From an archaeon (lineage in GTDB: Archaea > Nanobdellota > Nanobdellia > Pacearchaeales > GW2011-AR1), in NCBI GenBank assembly GCA_018653485.1, contig JABHZE010000006.1:196491-260490 (forward strand): a stretch of DNA of 64,000 nucleotides. Direction: 5' to 3'. Each line of letters begins with the position of its first letter. Positions within the stretch are counted from its first letter, which is position 1. The notes under the pieces were generated by a model. That model made no database searches and had not been told where the DNA came from. It saw only the letters and a list, made by a program, of their open reading frames with translations. Position numbers and translations under genes: made by a program. Below are positions 51,053 to 59,838 of the stretch, piece after piece.

Positions 51053-52372
51053 TTATATTCTAAAAGATTCATCTTCAGATTCTTTTATTGCTTTTGGTGC
51101 TTCACCACCATGCCAAGTAAATCTTGGACGCATTCTTATTGGATATAATCTTTCAGAATTATCATCTAGAATTATTGCAGAACCTTTTTCGTCGGGAAGC
51201 TGGTTCATTGATTTTTTAATTCCTTCTAAAAGATAAGTTTGCATTATTTCATTTAATGCTTCTAAATCTTTTTTGTTTGTTAATCTGTGTGAGAGAATTA
51301 TATCTGATTGAGTCATTACATCTCTATGAATAACTCCTGGTTGTTGGGTTGCTAATACCATTGATATTCCTGGTTGTCTTCCTTCTCTTAATAATTGAAT
51401 AAGAGAATTTGTTGCAGGAGTTTTTTCATGCATTGGTAGAAATTCATGAGCCTCGTCGATAAATAGCCATACTAGGGGCATTTCTCTTTCTTTTGCTTGA
51501 AAATTAATTCCATGATTAATAGAATCTATTTCTTCTTTTTTTCTTGCTAAAATTCTTTGCTTGAATAATTTTTTTGAAACTAATCCAATTATTAATGCTC
51601 TAACATTAAAAGAAGAAGTTGAAGAGTAAATTGATAAATCTAAAACAGATGTTGTTCCAGCTCTAATTAATTCTGTGATTTTTGTTGGATGTTCATCTTT
51701 TTTTGCAAAAACTTTCCAAGAATTTGCTGCTTCAAATAATGCTATTGTTGATTTTTTTGTAGCTTCATCAGCTTCTGGATTATTATTTATTTCTTGGATG
51801 ATAGTTTCAATATCAAATTCTTTGTTTTGATTTTTTAAATCTGAAATTATTTTCTGAATTAATACTGCAATTAATGAAGTCATTTTTAATTCAAAGATTG
51901 ATAGCCAATCTTCTATTTCTAATTCTGAAACAGACAATGCGAATTTTTTATCTACTGGAATCCCTCTTTTTTCATATTCTTCAAAATACCCTTTTGGTGC
52001 CCAGATTATTGAGGGAAGTTTTCTTGGTTTTAAATCCCATTTTTCTAAAAGAGTATTATCTTTTTCATTTTGATATTTCATTGTCCAGAAAATTCCCATT
52101 GTATCGAATATTAATGGAGCAAGATTTTGTTTAACTTCTTCAGGAAGATCTGATATCTCTTCTGCTAGAACTCCTATTGTATAGGATTTTCCAGAACCTC
52201 TCTTTCCTGAAATTAATATTACATGGCTTCTTGCAATGTCTAACCAGATTTTATTTGATAGAGAAGTATAATTCCCCATTTTAACATAACCTTTTCCAAT
52301 ATAGAGAAGTCCTTTATCTTTGAATTTTTCTTTATCCTCTTTATTTCTTCCGATTATTATATCATATGGCAT
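51053..52372 (-). CDS. HerA/FtsK-like P-loop ATPase (DUF87-type)
   Basis: Walker A ISGKRGSGKSYT, Walker B WLFIDEAHEF, and the arginine-finger region LATQQPG. Confidence 0.72.
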   Translation of the reverse strand: MPYDIIIGRNKEDKEKFKDKGLLYIGKGYVKMGNYTSLSNKIWLDIARSHVILISGKRGSGKSYTIGVLAEEISDLPEEVKQNLAPLIFDTMGIFWTMKYQNEKDNTLLEKWDLKPRKLPSIIWAPKGYFEEYEKRGIPVDKKFALSVSELEIEDWLSIFELKMTSLIAVLIQKIISDLKNQNKEFDIETIIQEINNNPEADEATKKSTIALFEAANSWKVFAKKDEHPTKITELIRAGTTSVLDLSIYSSTSSFNVRALIIGLVSKKLFKQRILARKKEEIDSINHGINFQAKEREMPLVWLFIDEAHEFLPMHEKTPATNSLIQLLREGRQPGISMVLATQQPGVIHRDVMTQSDIILSHRLTNKKDLEALNEIMQTYLLEGIKKSMNQLPDEKGSAIILDDNSERLYPIRMRPRFTWHGGEAPKAIKESEDESFRI

Positions 52373-52568
52373 TTTGTATAAAAGGTATTTAATTATATAA
52401 ATATAATTGAGGTGTTATTTGTTTTAACTTTTTGGTTTAATAGTTTTAATCTTAGATTAATATTAGTTTTTAGAAGAATAAGATGTTTTTAATTCTTTTG
52501 CGTGAAAAAGAAAATAATGACTAATTTTTTACCGAAATGTTTTTAAAGGTTTGAATTCTAAAAATAAG

Positions 52569-53636
52569 ATGGAAGGCGAAAATACAGAAAACACAAATCA
52601 TGAAACACATCATGATGCGATTCCTAGTGTAAGTCCTATTGTTCCAAGAATTGATAATAATCCTGATAAAGCTTTTGATAAATTTGTTGGAAAAGTTAAG
52701 AAAAATCCTTGGATGGGTTCAACTATTGGTTTAGGAGTTCTTTGTCTAGTATTATTAATTGTTAGTTTTTCTGGTGGAATGACTGGAAATGCTATAAGTG
52801 AATCTGATATGGAAAATTTAGCTTTAGATTTTTTTAATACTAAATTATCTCAATCTCCTGGAACTTTTGAAAGTATAGAAGAAGTTTCTGGTGTTTATGC
52901 TGTTAATGTTGCTTATGATGGGCAAACAGTTCCTTTATATTTTACTAAAGATGGTAATTGGATTGCTCAAGGTGGAGAATTAATGCCTATTTCTGATGAA
53001 AAACCTTCAAATGCTGGTTCTGATACAAATCCTGATGCTGGTTCTGATGCTCCTGCACCAGATGTTGTTAAATCTGATAAACCTAAAGTTGAATTATTTG
53101 TTATGACTCACTGTCCTTATGGAACTCAAGCTGAAAAAGGAATGGTTCCTGTATTAGATTTATTAGGTGATAAGATTGATGGAGATATTAAGTTTGTTCA
53201 TTATTTTATGCATGAAGGACCTGGAGAAGAACCTGATGAAACACCGATTCAAGTTTGTTTAAGAGAAGAACAAAGTGATAAATATCTTGATTATTTAACT
53301 TGCTTTTTAGAAGATGGAAGTTCAGAAAGATGTTTGGATGCTACTGGAGTAAATAAAGGGTTATTGAATAGTTGTGTTGAAAATAAGGCTGCTGATTATT
53401 ATGCTACTGATTCTGAAGAGAGTCAAGCTGCAGGAGTAAGAGGAAGTCCTACACTAGTTATTAATGATGCAATAGTTCAAGCTGGAAGAGATTCAGCAAG
53501 TTATCTTCAAGCAGTATGTGCGGCATTTAATGATGCTCCTTCAGAATGTGAGGAAGTATTAAGTTCTGCTAGTCCAAGTCCTGGATTTGGTGGTGGAAGT
53601 GCAAGTGGTTCTAATAGTGCTGCTCAATGTGGATAA
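52569..53636 (+). CDS. Membrane-anchored thioredoxin-fold (DsbA-like) protein with a CPYG active site
   Basis: A single TM, a linker, then FVMTHCPYGTQAE and ...RGSPTLVIND. There are several additional Cys. The start is set at ATG 52569; the track start is TTG. Confidence 0.6.
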   Translation: MEGENTENTNHETHHDAIPSVSPIVPRIDNNPDKAFDKFVGKVKKNPWMGSTIGLGVLCLVLLIVSFSGGMTGNAISESDMENLALDFFNTKLSQSPGTFESIEEVSGVYAVNVAYDGQTVPLYFTKDGNWIAQGGELMPISDEKPSNAGSDTNPDAGSDAPAPDVVKSDKPKVELFVMTHCPYGTQAEKGMVPVLDLLGDKIDGDIKFVHYFMHEGPGEEPDETPIQVCLREEQSDKYLDYLTCFLEDGSSERCLDATGVNKGLLNSCVENKAADYYATDSEESQAAGVRGSPTLVINDAIVQAGRDSASYLQAVCAAFNDAPSECEEVLSSASPSPGFGGGSASGSNSAAQCG

Positions 53637-53726
53637 TCTTTAAAAAGGTTGATAAGGTTAATAGCTATGTATTGAACATCATTAAGGTGGGAGATATAAC
53701 TTAAATAATTAAAAAGGAAACAAAAA

Positions 53727-54203
53727 ATGGTAAAAATATCTGAATTACAAGCAGGACAAGGAAATGTTGATGTTGAAGGTACTGTTAAGGAAGTTGGTGA
53801 AGTTAGAACTTTTAATAAATTTGGAAGAGATCTAAGTGTTGCTAATGCAATGTTAGAAGATGATTCTGGAAGTATTAAATTAAGTTTATGGAATGATGAT
53901 GCTACAAAGTATAAATCTGGAGATAAAATTAAAATAACAAATGGTTATGTTAGTGAATTTCAAGGTGAAAAGCAATTAACTTCTGGAAAGTTTGGTAAGA
54001 TTGAAATGGCGGGTGAAGGTGCTGGAAGTGATTCTGTTGAAGACAATGGTGCAGAATCAGTGAAGAATGCTGAAGAAGAAATTGAAAAAACTCAAGATAC
54101 TGCTTCTGAGATTGCAGAAGCTGATGCAGAGACTCCAATGGAAGAAAAGATTGATGCTATTGAAGAAGAAAAATCAGAAGGAATAAAAGAAGAAGTTTTT
54201 TGA
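53727..54203 (+). CDS. Single OB-fold ssDNA-binding protein with an acidic C-terminal tail
   Basis: NVDVEGTVKEVGEVRTF......ANAMLEDDSGSIKLSLWND...ITNGYVSEFQGEKQL, followed by an E/D-rich tail. Confidence 0.7.
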   Translation: MVKISELQAGQGNVDVEGTVKEVGEVRTFNKFGRDLSVANAMLEDDSGSIKLSLWNDDATKYKSGDKIKITNGYVSEFQGEKQLTSGKFGKIEMAGEGAGSDSVEDNGAESVKNAEEEIEKTQDTASEIAEADAETPMEEKIDAIEEEKSEGIKEEVF

Positions 54204-54362
54204 TGGGTTAGTTTTTTAGTTTGAGGGGTGAGATTTATTGATGGTTGGTTATTGTTTGTTGGAGGTGTAGTATTTGTTTTATTTTGTTTGTTGATGATTT
54301 GTTGAGTGAGATATATTTTTGATTGTAATTATTTTTATAAAGTGGAGTGTTTGATTGTTATT

Positions 54363-54731
54363 ATGGAATTTATGTTTTACCCTACTTTTGAAGTTGTTGA
54401 GGGTAGAGGGATTCTTCCAAAGATTTATCTCCCATCTGATTTTGAAGAATTAGTTCCTAAGTTTTATGAGCAAGAAAGAAGAAAAACTGTTGAAGATTAT
54501 GTTAGGAATTTGGATGGATGTTTTGAAAGAGATTTAGGAATTCGGCTTAATTGGGATGATAGATGGGGGTTAAGAAATATCTCTGGGATTGGGTTAGGTT
54601 TGGATTTAGATGAAAGAGGATTACCTAATTTTCAAGAACATAATCTTGGTGGAACTGGGAAAAGTTCATTTGTTCTTGGAGCTGTTGCAATGAAATATGT
54701 TTCTGAGTTGATGAAAGCTTCTCAGCGTTAA
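54363..54731 (+). CDS. Hypothetical protein
   Basis: The start is set at ATG 54363; the track start at 54306 is GTG. No motif recognised. Confidence 0.45.
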   Translation: MEFMFYPTFEVVEGRGILPKIYLPSDFEELVPKFYEQERRKTVEDYVRNLDGCFERDLGIRLNWDDRWGLRNISGIGLGLDLDERGLPNFQEHNLGGTGKSSFVLGAVAMKYVSELMKASQR

Positions 54732-54751
54732 AAAGAGAGAATTAGATTTTT

Positions 54752-55981
54752 TCAATTCTCCCTAAACCTATTCAAACTATTAGCTACAATTATAGCTGCT
54801 TTTTTATCTTTAATATAATCTAATTCTTTTTCATCTAACTCTATTTTCTTTATTTCTTTTTGTGATAGATTTGAAAGTATTAATGGAAGTAGGAAAGATT
54901 CTTTTGCTGCTTTCTTTTTTGACATATGAGTTAATTGAGAATACTTTGTAATTATGGATTTCTTTTTTGCATTTTTCATATTAGACATCCAGATTTTCAA
55001 TATTCTTGTGGGTTTTTGATATGATTGAAATTTTTGATATTTTAATCTTGTTGCAGCAGAGATTCCTGCGGAAAGGAAAAAGTTTTGATAAACTAAGAAT
55101 CTCCAGTGTTGTTGCCTATAAATTCTGCCTTTGAATACATCTGCCTTACTTAATGCATCTTGTGCTCTTTCTAAGGCGTTTCCAGAGTATTCTAGAGGTA
55201 TATTCTTCTCAACCCATAAAGATATCTCATCTAGATTCATTCTTGTATTATCATATACTCTAAGTATTTCTTTAGTTGTAGGTTCTTGAAATACTTTTTT
55301 TAATGCATTGAAAATCGTATCTTGTTTTTCTCTTTCATCAAATTCTTCAATTAATGCATCTTCTCCTAAATCAAATATTGATTGTAAGTCATTTAGTGCA
55401 GCTCTTACATCTCCTCTTGCGTGTTTTGCTATTAGGTTGATTGTTTCTTGTTTAACTTGTTTTTTTTCTTTGGGTAGAATATTATTCATAATTTCTTTGA
55501 TTGTGGTTTCATCTAATTCTTTTAAATTTATTATCCCGCATTTTTTTCTTAGTGGAGAAAATTTTCTAGCCCAGATATCATTAGCAGTTATTATAATTGG
55601 GAATTTAGTTTCTGCTATTAGTTTTAAAAGTTCTGGAAGTCCGCCTCTATCTGAGGTTGTTATACCATCTGCTTCATCCATTAAAATTAATTTTCCTTTT
55701 TTGAATAAAGATGATTGAAGTGTAGATGGTTTTAAGACTGCTTCTAAGCTTGATTTATTTCTTAAATCAGATGCATTTAATTCAAAGAGTTCTAAATTAT
55801 ATTCATTTTTTAATGCAATTGCTAATGAGGTTTTACCTGTTCCTACAGAACCATTAAGAACAATTGCTCTTTTTTTTGGAAATTGTTTATAGAAATTATC
55901 TATCTCTGTTATTGCTTGTTCTTGTCCTTTTATGTCTGCGAAAGATTTTGCACGATATTTTTCTGTTAATGGTAGGGTCAT
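54752..55981 (-). CDS. rfcL: Replication factor C large subunit
   Basis: EKYRAKSFADIKGQE, Walker A GSVGTGKTS, and Walker B LILMDEADG. Confidence 0.88.
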   Translation of the reverse strand: MTLPLTEKYRAKSFADIKGQEQAITEIDNFYKQFPKKRAIVLNGSVGTGKTSLAIALKNEYNLELFELNASDLRNKSSLEAVLKPSTLQSSLFKKGKLILMDEADGITTSDRGGLPELLKLIAETKFPIIITANDIWARKFSPLRKKCGIINLKELDETTIKEIMNNILPKEKKQVKQETINLIAKHARGDVRAALNDLQSIFDLGEDALIEEFDEREKQDTIFNALKKVFQEPTTKEILRVYDNTRMNLDEISLWVEKNIPLEYSGNALERAQDALSKADVFKGRIYRQQHWRFLVYQNFFLSAGISAATRLKYQKFQSYQKPTRILKIWMSNMKNAKKKSIITKYSQLTHMSKKKAAKESFLLPLILSNLSQKEIKKIELDEKELDYIKDKKAAIIVANSLNRFREN

Positions 55982-56388
55982 TTTATTTGTGATAAGTCTT
56001 GATTTAATATTGTTGGTGACATTCCTGTTAATTCGTCTTCAAAGATATTCTGAGGTATTGGATTATAAAGAAATACTTTCTTATCCATTTTCCATGCAGT
56101 ATATATTTCTAAAAATGTTGCTCCACCAATATAATTGGGTTGCCCTTTTTTTTCAAAATTTAAAACAAGTAATGCGTCTTGTGGTTGGATATTTTCTTCA
56201 TCTCTTCTAAGCATTTCTGCTTTCCATTCAACATGTGCTTCAAGCCCTCTAACTTTCATATCTTCTTCTTTTAATGGTTCATCATAACTATTGGGCATAG
56301 ATAATTCATGCCCTGCTGTTTCTAATGGTTGTTGTATTTCTGGAATTCTATGATAAAAATGTTTGCTACATACTATGAGTATTTTCAT
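55978..56388 (-). CDS. Nucleoside 2-deoxyribosyltransferase-like fold protein (tentative), embedded in the RFC operon
   Basis: MKILIVCS... starts a flavodoxin-like fold, and DALLVLNFEKKGQPNYIGGATFLEIYTAW..KKVFL resembles the Nuc_deoxyri_tr2-type core. ATGA overlaps on both sides. Confidence 0.45.
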   Translation of the reverse strand: MKILIVCSKHFYHRIPEIQQPLETAGHELSMPNSYDEPLKEEDMKVRGLEAHVEWKAEMLRRDEENIQPQDALLVLNFEKKGQPNYIGGATFLEIYTAWKMDKKVFLYNPIPQNIFEDELTGMSPTILNQDLSQIK

Positions 56389-56753
56389 TTTTTATTTATT
56401 CTTTTATAAGATTCAAATTTAATTTCTTTATCATATGGATCAAATACTTCTATTACCTTATATTTTCCTTTAGTATAAGGTTCTCTTTCAAATAAAAAAT
56501 GAGTAACTTCAATTATTTTTATTGATGCAATTGGTTTTGATAATATTTGATTTCCTTTTGTTATTACTAGGGGCATTTCACCTTTATTCCAATATTCATT
56601 ATCAGTTAACCAAAATATTCTTTGCCCTTTTTTTAGAAAATTATATGTCTCTCCTTTAATAAGAGTTTTAGGTAAGCATTCAGATTCTTCTCTATCGGGG
56701 GTGCCATATTCTCTTAATGCTAAATCTGGATTAAATTCTATTTGTATTCCCAT
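56385..56753 (-). CDS. Hypothetical 122-aa protein (beta-barrel-like, possibly ASCH/PUA-like), embedded in the RFC operon
   Basis: Starts 12 nt after rfcS, and its stop overlaps the next start. No firm motif. Confidence 0.5.
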   Translation of the reverse strand: MGIQIEFNPDLALREYGTPDREESECLPKTLIKGETYNFLKKGQRIFWLTDNEYWNKGEMPLVITKGNQILSKPIASIKIIEVTHFLFEREPYTKGKYKVIEVFDPYDKEIKFESYKRINKK

Positions 56754-56764
56754 TTTATTTGAAT

Positions 56765-57739
56765 TTATTTAATTATTCCTTTACCTGCAAGAACAAAACT
56801 TGCTAAAAGGGCTTCTAATTGAATAAATTCATCACTGCCTTCAACTAATCTAAATTCTGTTTCACCTGTTTTTTCAATTAATCTTACTTTAAGTTCGTCG
56901 TCTATTTGTAGGTTCCAAATTTCTTTTTGAATTGATTTAATTATGTCTGTTCCTGCAACAGATTCTTTAAGCATAACATCTAATAATTTTTCTTTTGATT
57001 TTAAGAAATCTCCTGATAGGGCGTATTCTAGAACAATTTTTATTTCAGCAGGTTGTGCTGCAGAAGTTAATGTATCTATTAAATCCGCAGTAATTGTGGG
57101 TGTTATTGATGCAGATGCTTGTAATAAGTTTATTACTCTTCTACAATCTCCTTCACTAGATTCATAAAGTGCTTCAATAGATTTATCATCAATAGTTAAA
57201 TTTTCTTTTTCTGCAATATATTTTATTCTTTGTTCAATATCTTTTTTTTCTAATAATTTAAATCTAAAAATTACACATCTTGATTGAATTGGATCTATTA
57301 TTTTTGAAGAATAGTTGCATGACATAATAAATCTACAAGTATTTGTGTAGTTTTCCATTGTTCTTCTTAATGCTTGTTGTGCTTCTTTTGTTAAAGCATC
57401 TGCTTCATCTAAGAAAATAACTTTGAAAGGAACATTCCCTAGTGCTTTAGTTCTTGCAAAATCTTTTACTTTTTGCCTTACTACATCAATTCCTCTTTCA
57501 TCTGAGGCGTTTAATTCTAGGTAGTTTTCTTTCCAATTTAAGCCAAAAAGTTCTTTTACAGTGATTAGGGCTAATGTTGATTTTCCTGTTCCTGCAGGGC
57601 CTGCAAACATTAAATGAGGGATATTCATAGCATTGGTTAGGTTTTGAACTTTCTTTACAATATCATCTTGTCCAACTAAGCCTTCAAATTTTTTTGGACG
57701 GTATTTTTCAGTCCATATGTTAGTATTTTCAGTTTCCAT
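56765..57739 (-). CDS. rfcS: Replication factor C small subunit
   Basis: WTEKYRPKKF, Walker A GPAGTGKST, DEADALT, SRC motif (QSRCVIFRF) and FIMSCNY. Confidence 0.93.
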   Translation of the reverse strand: METENTNIWTEKYRPKKFEGLVGQDDIVKKVQNLTNAMNIPHLMFAGPAGTGKSTLALITVKELFGLNWKENYLELNASDERGIDVVRQKVKDFARTKALGNVPFKVIFLDEADALTKEAQQALRRTMENYTNTCRFIMSCNYSSKIIDPIQSRCVIFRFKLLEKKDIEQRIKYIAEKENLTIDDKSIEALYESSEGDCRRVINLLQASASITPTITADLIDTLTSAAQPAEIKIVLEYALSGDFLKSKEKLLDVMLKESVAGTDIIKSIQKEIWNLQIDDELKVRLIEKTGETEFRLVEGSDEFIQLEALLASFVLAGKGIIK

Positions 57740-57867
57740 TTTAGTCTCTTTTTAAAAGGTATTTAAGAATCTTGGATTCCTAATAGGATAATAGCGATTT
57801 GTTTTATAAAGATTATTATGCTTAATTAACCAGTATGGGTTTAACTAATATAAAATTCCAATTAGAA

Positions 57868-57978
57868 TTAATTTCCTCGTCTTTGTCTTCGTTTTCTCTT
57901 AACTCTTTTGAGGATTTTTCTTTGCCATTTCCAACGCATTTGACGTTTTTTCTTCCATCTTCTACTTGATCTTTTCAT
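57868..57978 (-). CDS. rpl41e: 50S ribosomal protein L41e, 36 aa, absent from the ORF track
   Basis: Hand translation gives MKRSSRRWKKKRQMRWKWQRKILKRVKRKRRQRRGN, which matches the archaeal L41e pattern (..RKWKKK.RMRWKW...R...LKR.R...). Confidence 0.8.
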   Translation of the reverse strand: MKRSSRRWKKKRQMRWKWQRKILKRVKRKRRQRRGN

Positions 57979-58068
57979 ATTAATAATATTAGGTTTAAAT
58001 AGAGAATTTATGTTTTCTCTTAAATTTTTATTGAGAATTTGGTTTATAAATGTTTAGGTTGTTTGGTT

Positions 58069-58344
58069 TTATTCTAATCTTAAATTACCATATTTAAATT
58101 TCCGATGATCAATTGCACTTAACCTAACTTCATTATTTTCTTTAATTATTTTATATATTAATCTAAAATTTTTAACTAATCTTGTTGAAAAATAACCATG
58201 AAGATTTCCAGATAATCTATCACCAAAATAAGGATTTTCTTTTAAATGTTTAATTTTATTATTTAAGGCCTTAACAATCTCTCCATCTTTTTTATGCTTT
58301 TTAAACTCTTTAGAAAAACTATCTGTGGAAAGTATTTTCCACAT
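58069..58344 (-). CDS. relE: RelE/ParE-family type II toxin
   Basis: FSKEFKKHKKD...ENPYFGDRLSGNLHGYFSTRL.KNFRLIYKI..ENNEVRLSAIDHR is a typical RelE layout. Confidence 0.7.
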   Translation of the reverse strand: MWKILSTDSFSKEFKKHKKDGEIVKALNNKIKHLKENPYFGDRLSGNLHGYFSTRLVKNFRLIYKIIKENNEVRLSAIDHRKFKYGNLRLE

Positions 58345-58345
58345 T

Positions 58346-58549
58346 TTATAAGTCTTCTGTAGAATTTATTTCCTTAAAATTTCCTTTAGTCATATCTGAT
58401 TCACTATTCTTAATTTGATTCATAGTGTCCTCATTTGAATTAATTTCAATAGTTTCTACAATTTGTGATAATTCTTCTTTTGTTACCATTGATTGTTGTA
58501 TTTTATTTAATTTTTCTAATATTTCTTTATTTATTATTTGTTGTTCCAT
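58346..58549 (-). CDS. Putative cognate antitoxin, 67 aa, acidic
   Basis: Lies immediately upstream of the toxin with a 1-nt spacer, and has the size and charge typical of an antitoxin. Confidence 0.45.
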   Translation of the reverse strand: MEQQIINKEILEKLNKIQQSMVTKEELSQIVETIEINSNEDTMNQIKNSESDMTKGNFKEINSTEDL

Positions 58550-58632
58550 TGTAATTTTATTAACCCTTGATTGTATTTAAGATTTTCTGTTGTTGAGTTG
58601 TTTTTTGGGTTGGTTATTTTGAGAATTATGAT

Positions 58633-59724
58633 TTAATCTAATCTTTCTTCGAGTGTCATCCTTAAATCCATTAATTCTGCTAGTCTTTCATAGGTTAATG
58701 TTTGGTAGGTTTCATCTACTTTTTGATTGCACCAATCAATCCATTCTGCTCTAAGGTCTTTTGGTGAAGTAGATTCATTGTTGTGGCATAATTCACATAA
58801 GGTAATTAAATTTTGTTCAGAGTTGTTGTCTTTATCATGGTCAATATGGTGGACACAATGTGCTTTTCCATTTTGTTCTGCATCGCAGAATTGACAAGTA
58901 TGTTCATCTCTTTCTCTTATGTAGGGCCTCATTACTAATTCAAATTCAGGTGAATAAGGTAAGAATGAAGTTCCTCCTTGCCAATTAGGATGATTTTTAC
59001 CGGTTCTTCCGTGCATAGGATTATTTTTTCCGGCCATTAGTTTAGATAATTTTCTTTTAGTTTTTTCAGAATGTCTTAATCCTCTTCTGGATTTTGACAT
59101 TTTTTTTCTTGTACTTTCTGAATGTACTCTTCCTTTATTAATTTGAGATATTTTTTTTCTAATTTCTATAGAATGACTTCTTCCATAATTGGGGTTTTTT
59201 TCACCTGTTTGAACCTGAGAAGCTAAATAATTTGTTCTATATCTTAATTCTGAATGAGTAATGTCTGAATTTTTAAGATATTTAAAAATTCTGGATCTAG
59301 AGATTCCATAAAGATGAGATAATTCTTGAGGTGTAGAAAATCTATCAATTTTTCCAGCTCTATGTTGTTCAATTTCTAAAGCAACATGATTAACAAGGTT
59401 TCTCATTTCTTTCTTCCCTTTTTCTCCTAATTGTGAAGAAGATATTTTTCTTCTTGTTTCTTCAGAATGAGATTTTCCATAATAAGGGTTATTTTCTCTA
59501 GAATTAGCTTGTGATCTCAAATGAAATTTTTTATAATCTCTATCTTCTCTAGATATTGATGAATTTTTAATATATTCATTTAAGCTTCTAGATTTAATAC
59601 CAAATAAGTTAGTTAATTCTTCAGTACTTGTAAAAACATCAAGCTCTCCATCTCTGTGCTGAGCTATTTCTATGGCTACATAATTAATAATCTCTTGTTT
59701 TCTTGGATTTGGTCTTCTTCCCAT
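58633..59724 (-). CDS. Free-standing HNH endonuclease with two N-terminal HTH repeats and four NUMOD3 motifs (homing-endonuclease-like)
   Basis: NPYYGKSHSEETRRKIS, NPNYGRSHSIEIRKKIS, HSESTRKKMS and HSEKTKRKLS are NUMOD3 motifs. C-terminal CQFC...HVHHIDHDKDNN...LITLCELCHN is an HNH motif. Confidence 0.8.
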   Translation of the reverse strand: MGRRPNPRKQEIINYVAIEIAQHRDGELDVFTSTEELTNLFGIKSRSLNEYIKNSSISREDRDYKKFHLRSQANSRENNPYYGKSHSEETRRKISSSQLGEKGKKEMRNLVNHVALEIEQHRAGKIDRFSTPQELSHLYGISRSRIFKYLKNSDITHSELRYRTNYLASQVQTGEKNPNYGRSHSIEIRKKISQINKGRVHSESTRKKMSKSRRGLRHSEKTKRKLSKLMAGKNNPMHGRTGKNHPNWQGGTSFLPYSPEFELVMRPYIRERDEHTCQFCDAEQNGKAHCVHHIDHDKDNNSEQNLITLCELCHNNESTSPKDLRAEWIDWCNQKVDETYQTLTYERLAELMDLRMTLEERLD

Positions 59725-59838
59725 ATAAATTGATAGAAAATTGTGTTTTTAAACCTTGTTATTATGTAACTACTCTGTAATAGTTAATATTTGATATAAA
59801 ATAGATAAAATCTCTTGAAGTTGGGTAAAAATTAGGAT

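Noticed and set aside
10923-54362. Track ORF starts at non-ATG codons or with hydrophobic N-terminal extensions (10923 TTG, 31963 GTG, 34696 TTG, 41461 GTG, 52551 TTG, 54306 GTG; also the long ATG extensions of serS to 25541, minD to 5289, the cyclase to 62528 and the cupin to 61711)
   Set aside because: Internal ATGs give N-termini that match the family consensus or the TATA-box spacing, and they remove overlaps with upstream genes. The extended forms were not adopted.
55308-56210. Plus-strand ORFs 55308-55718 and 55932-56210 within the RFC operon
   Set aside because: They are antisense to rfcL and its neighbour, which have clear motifs. Their translations are hydrophobic, low-complexity and carry no motif.
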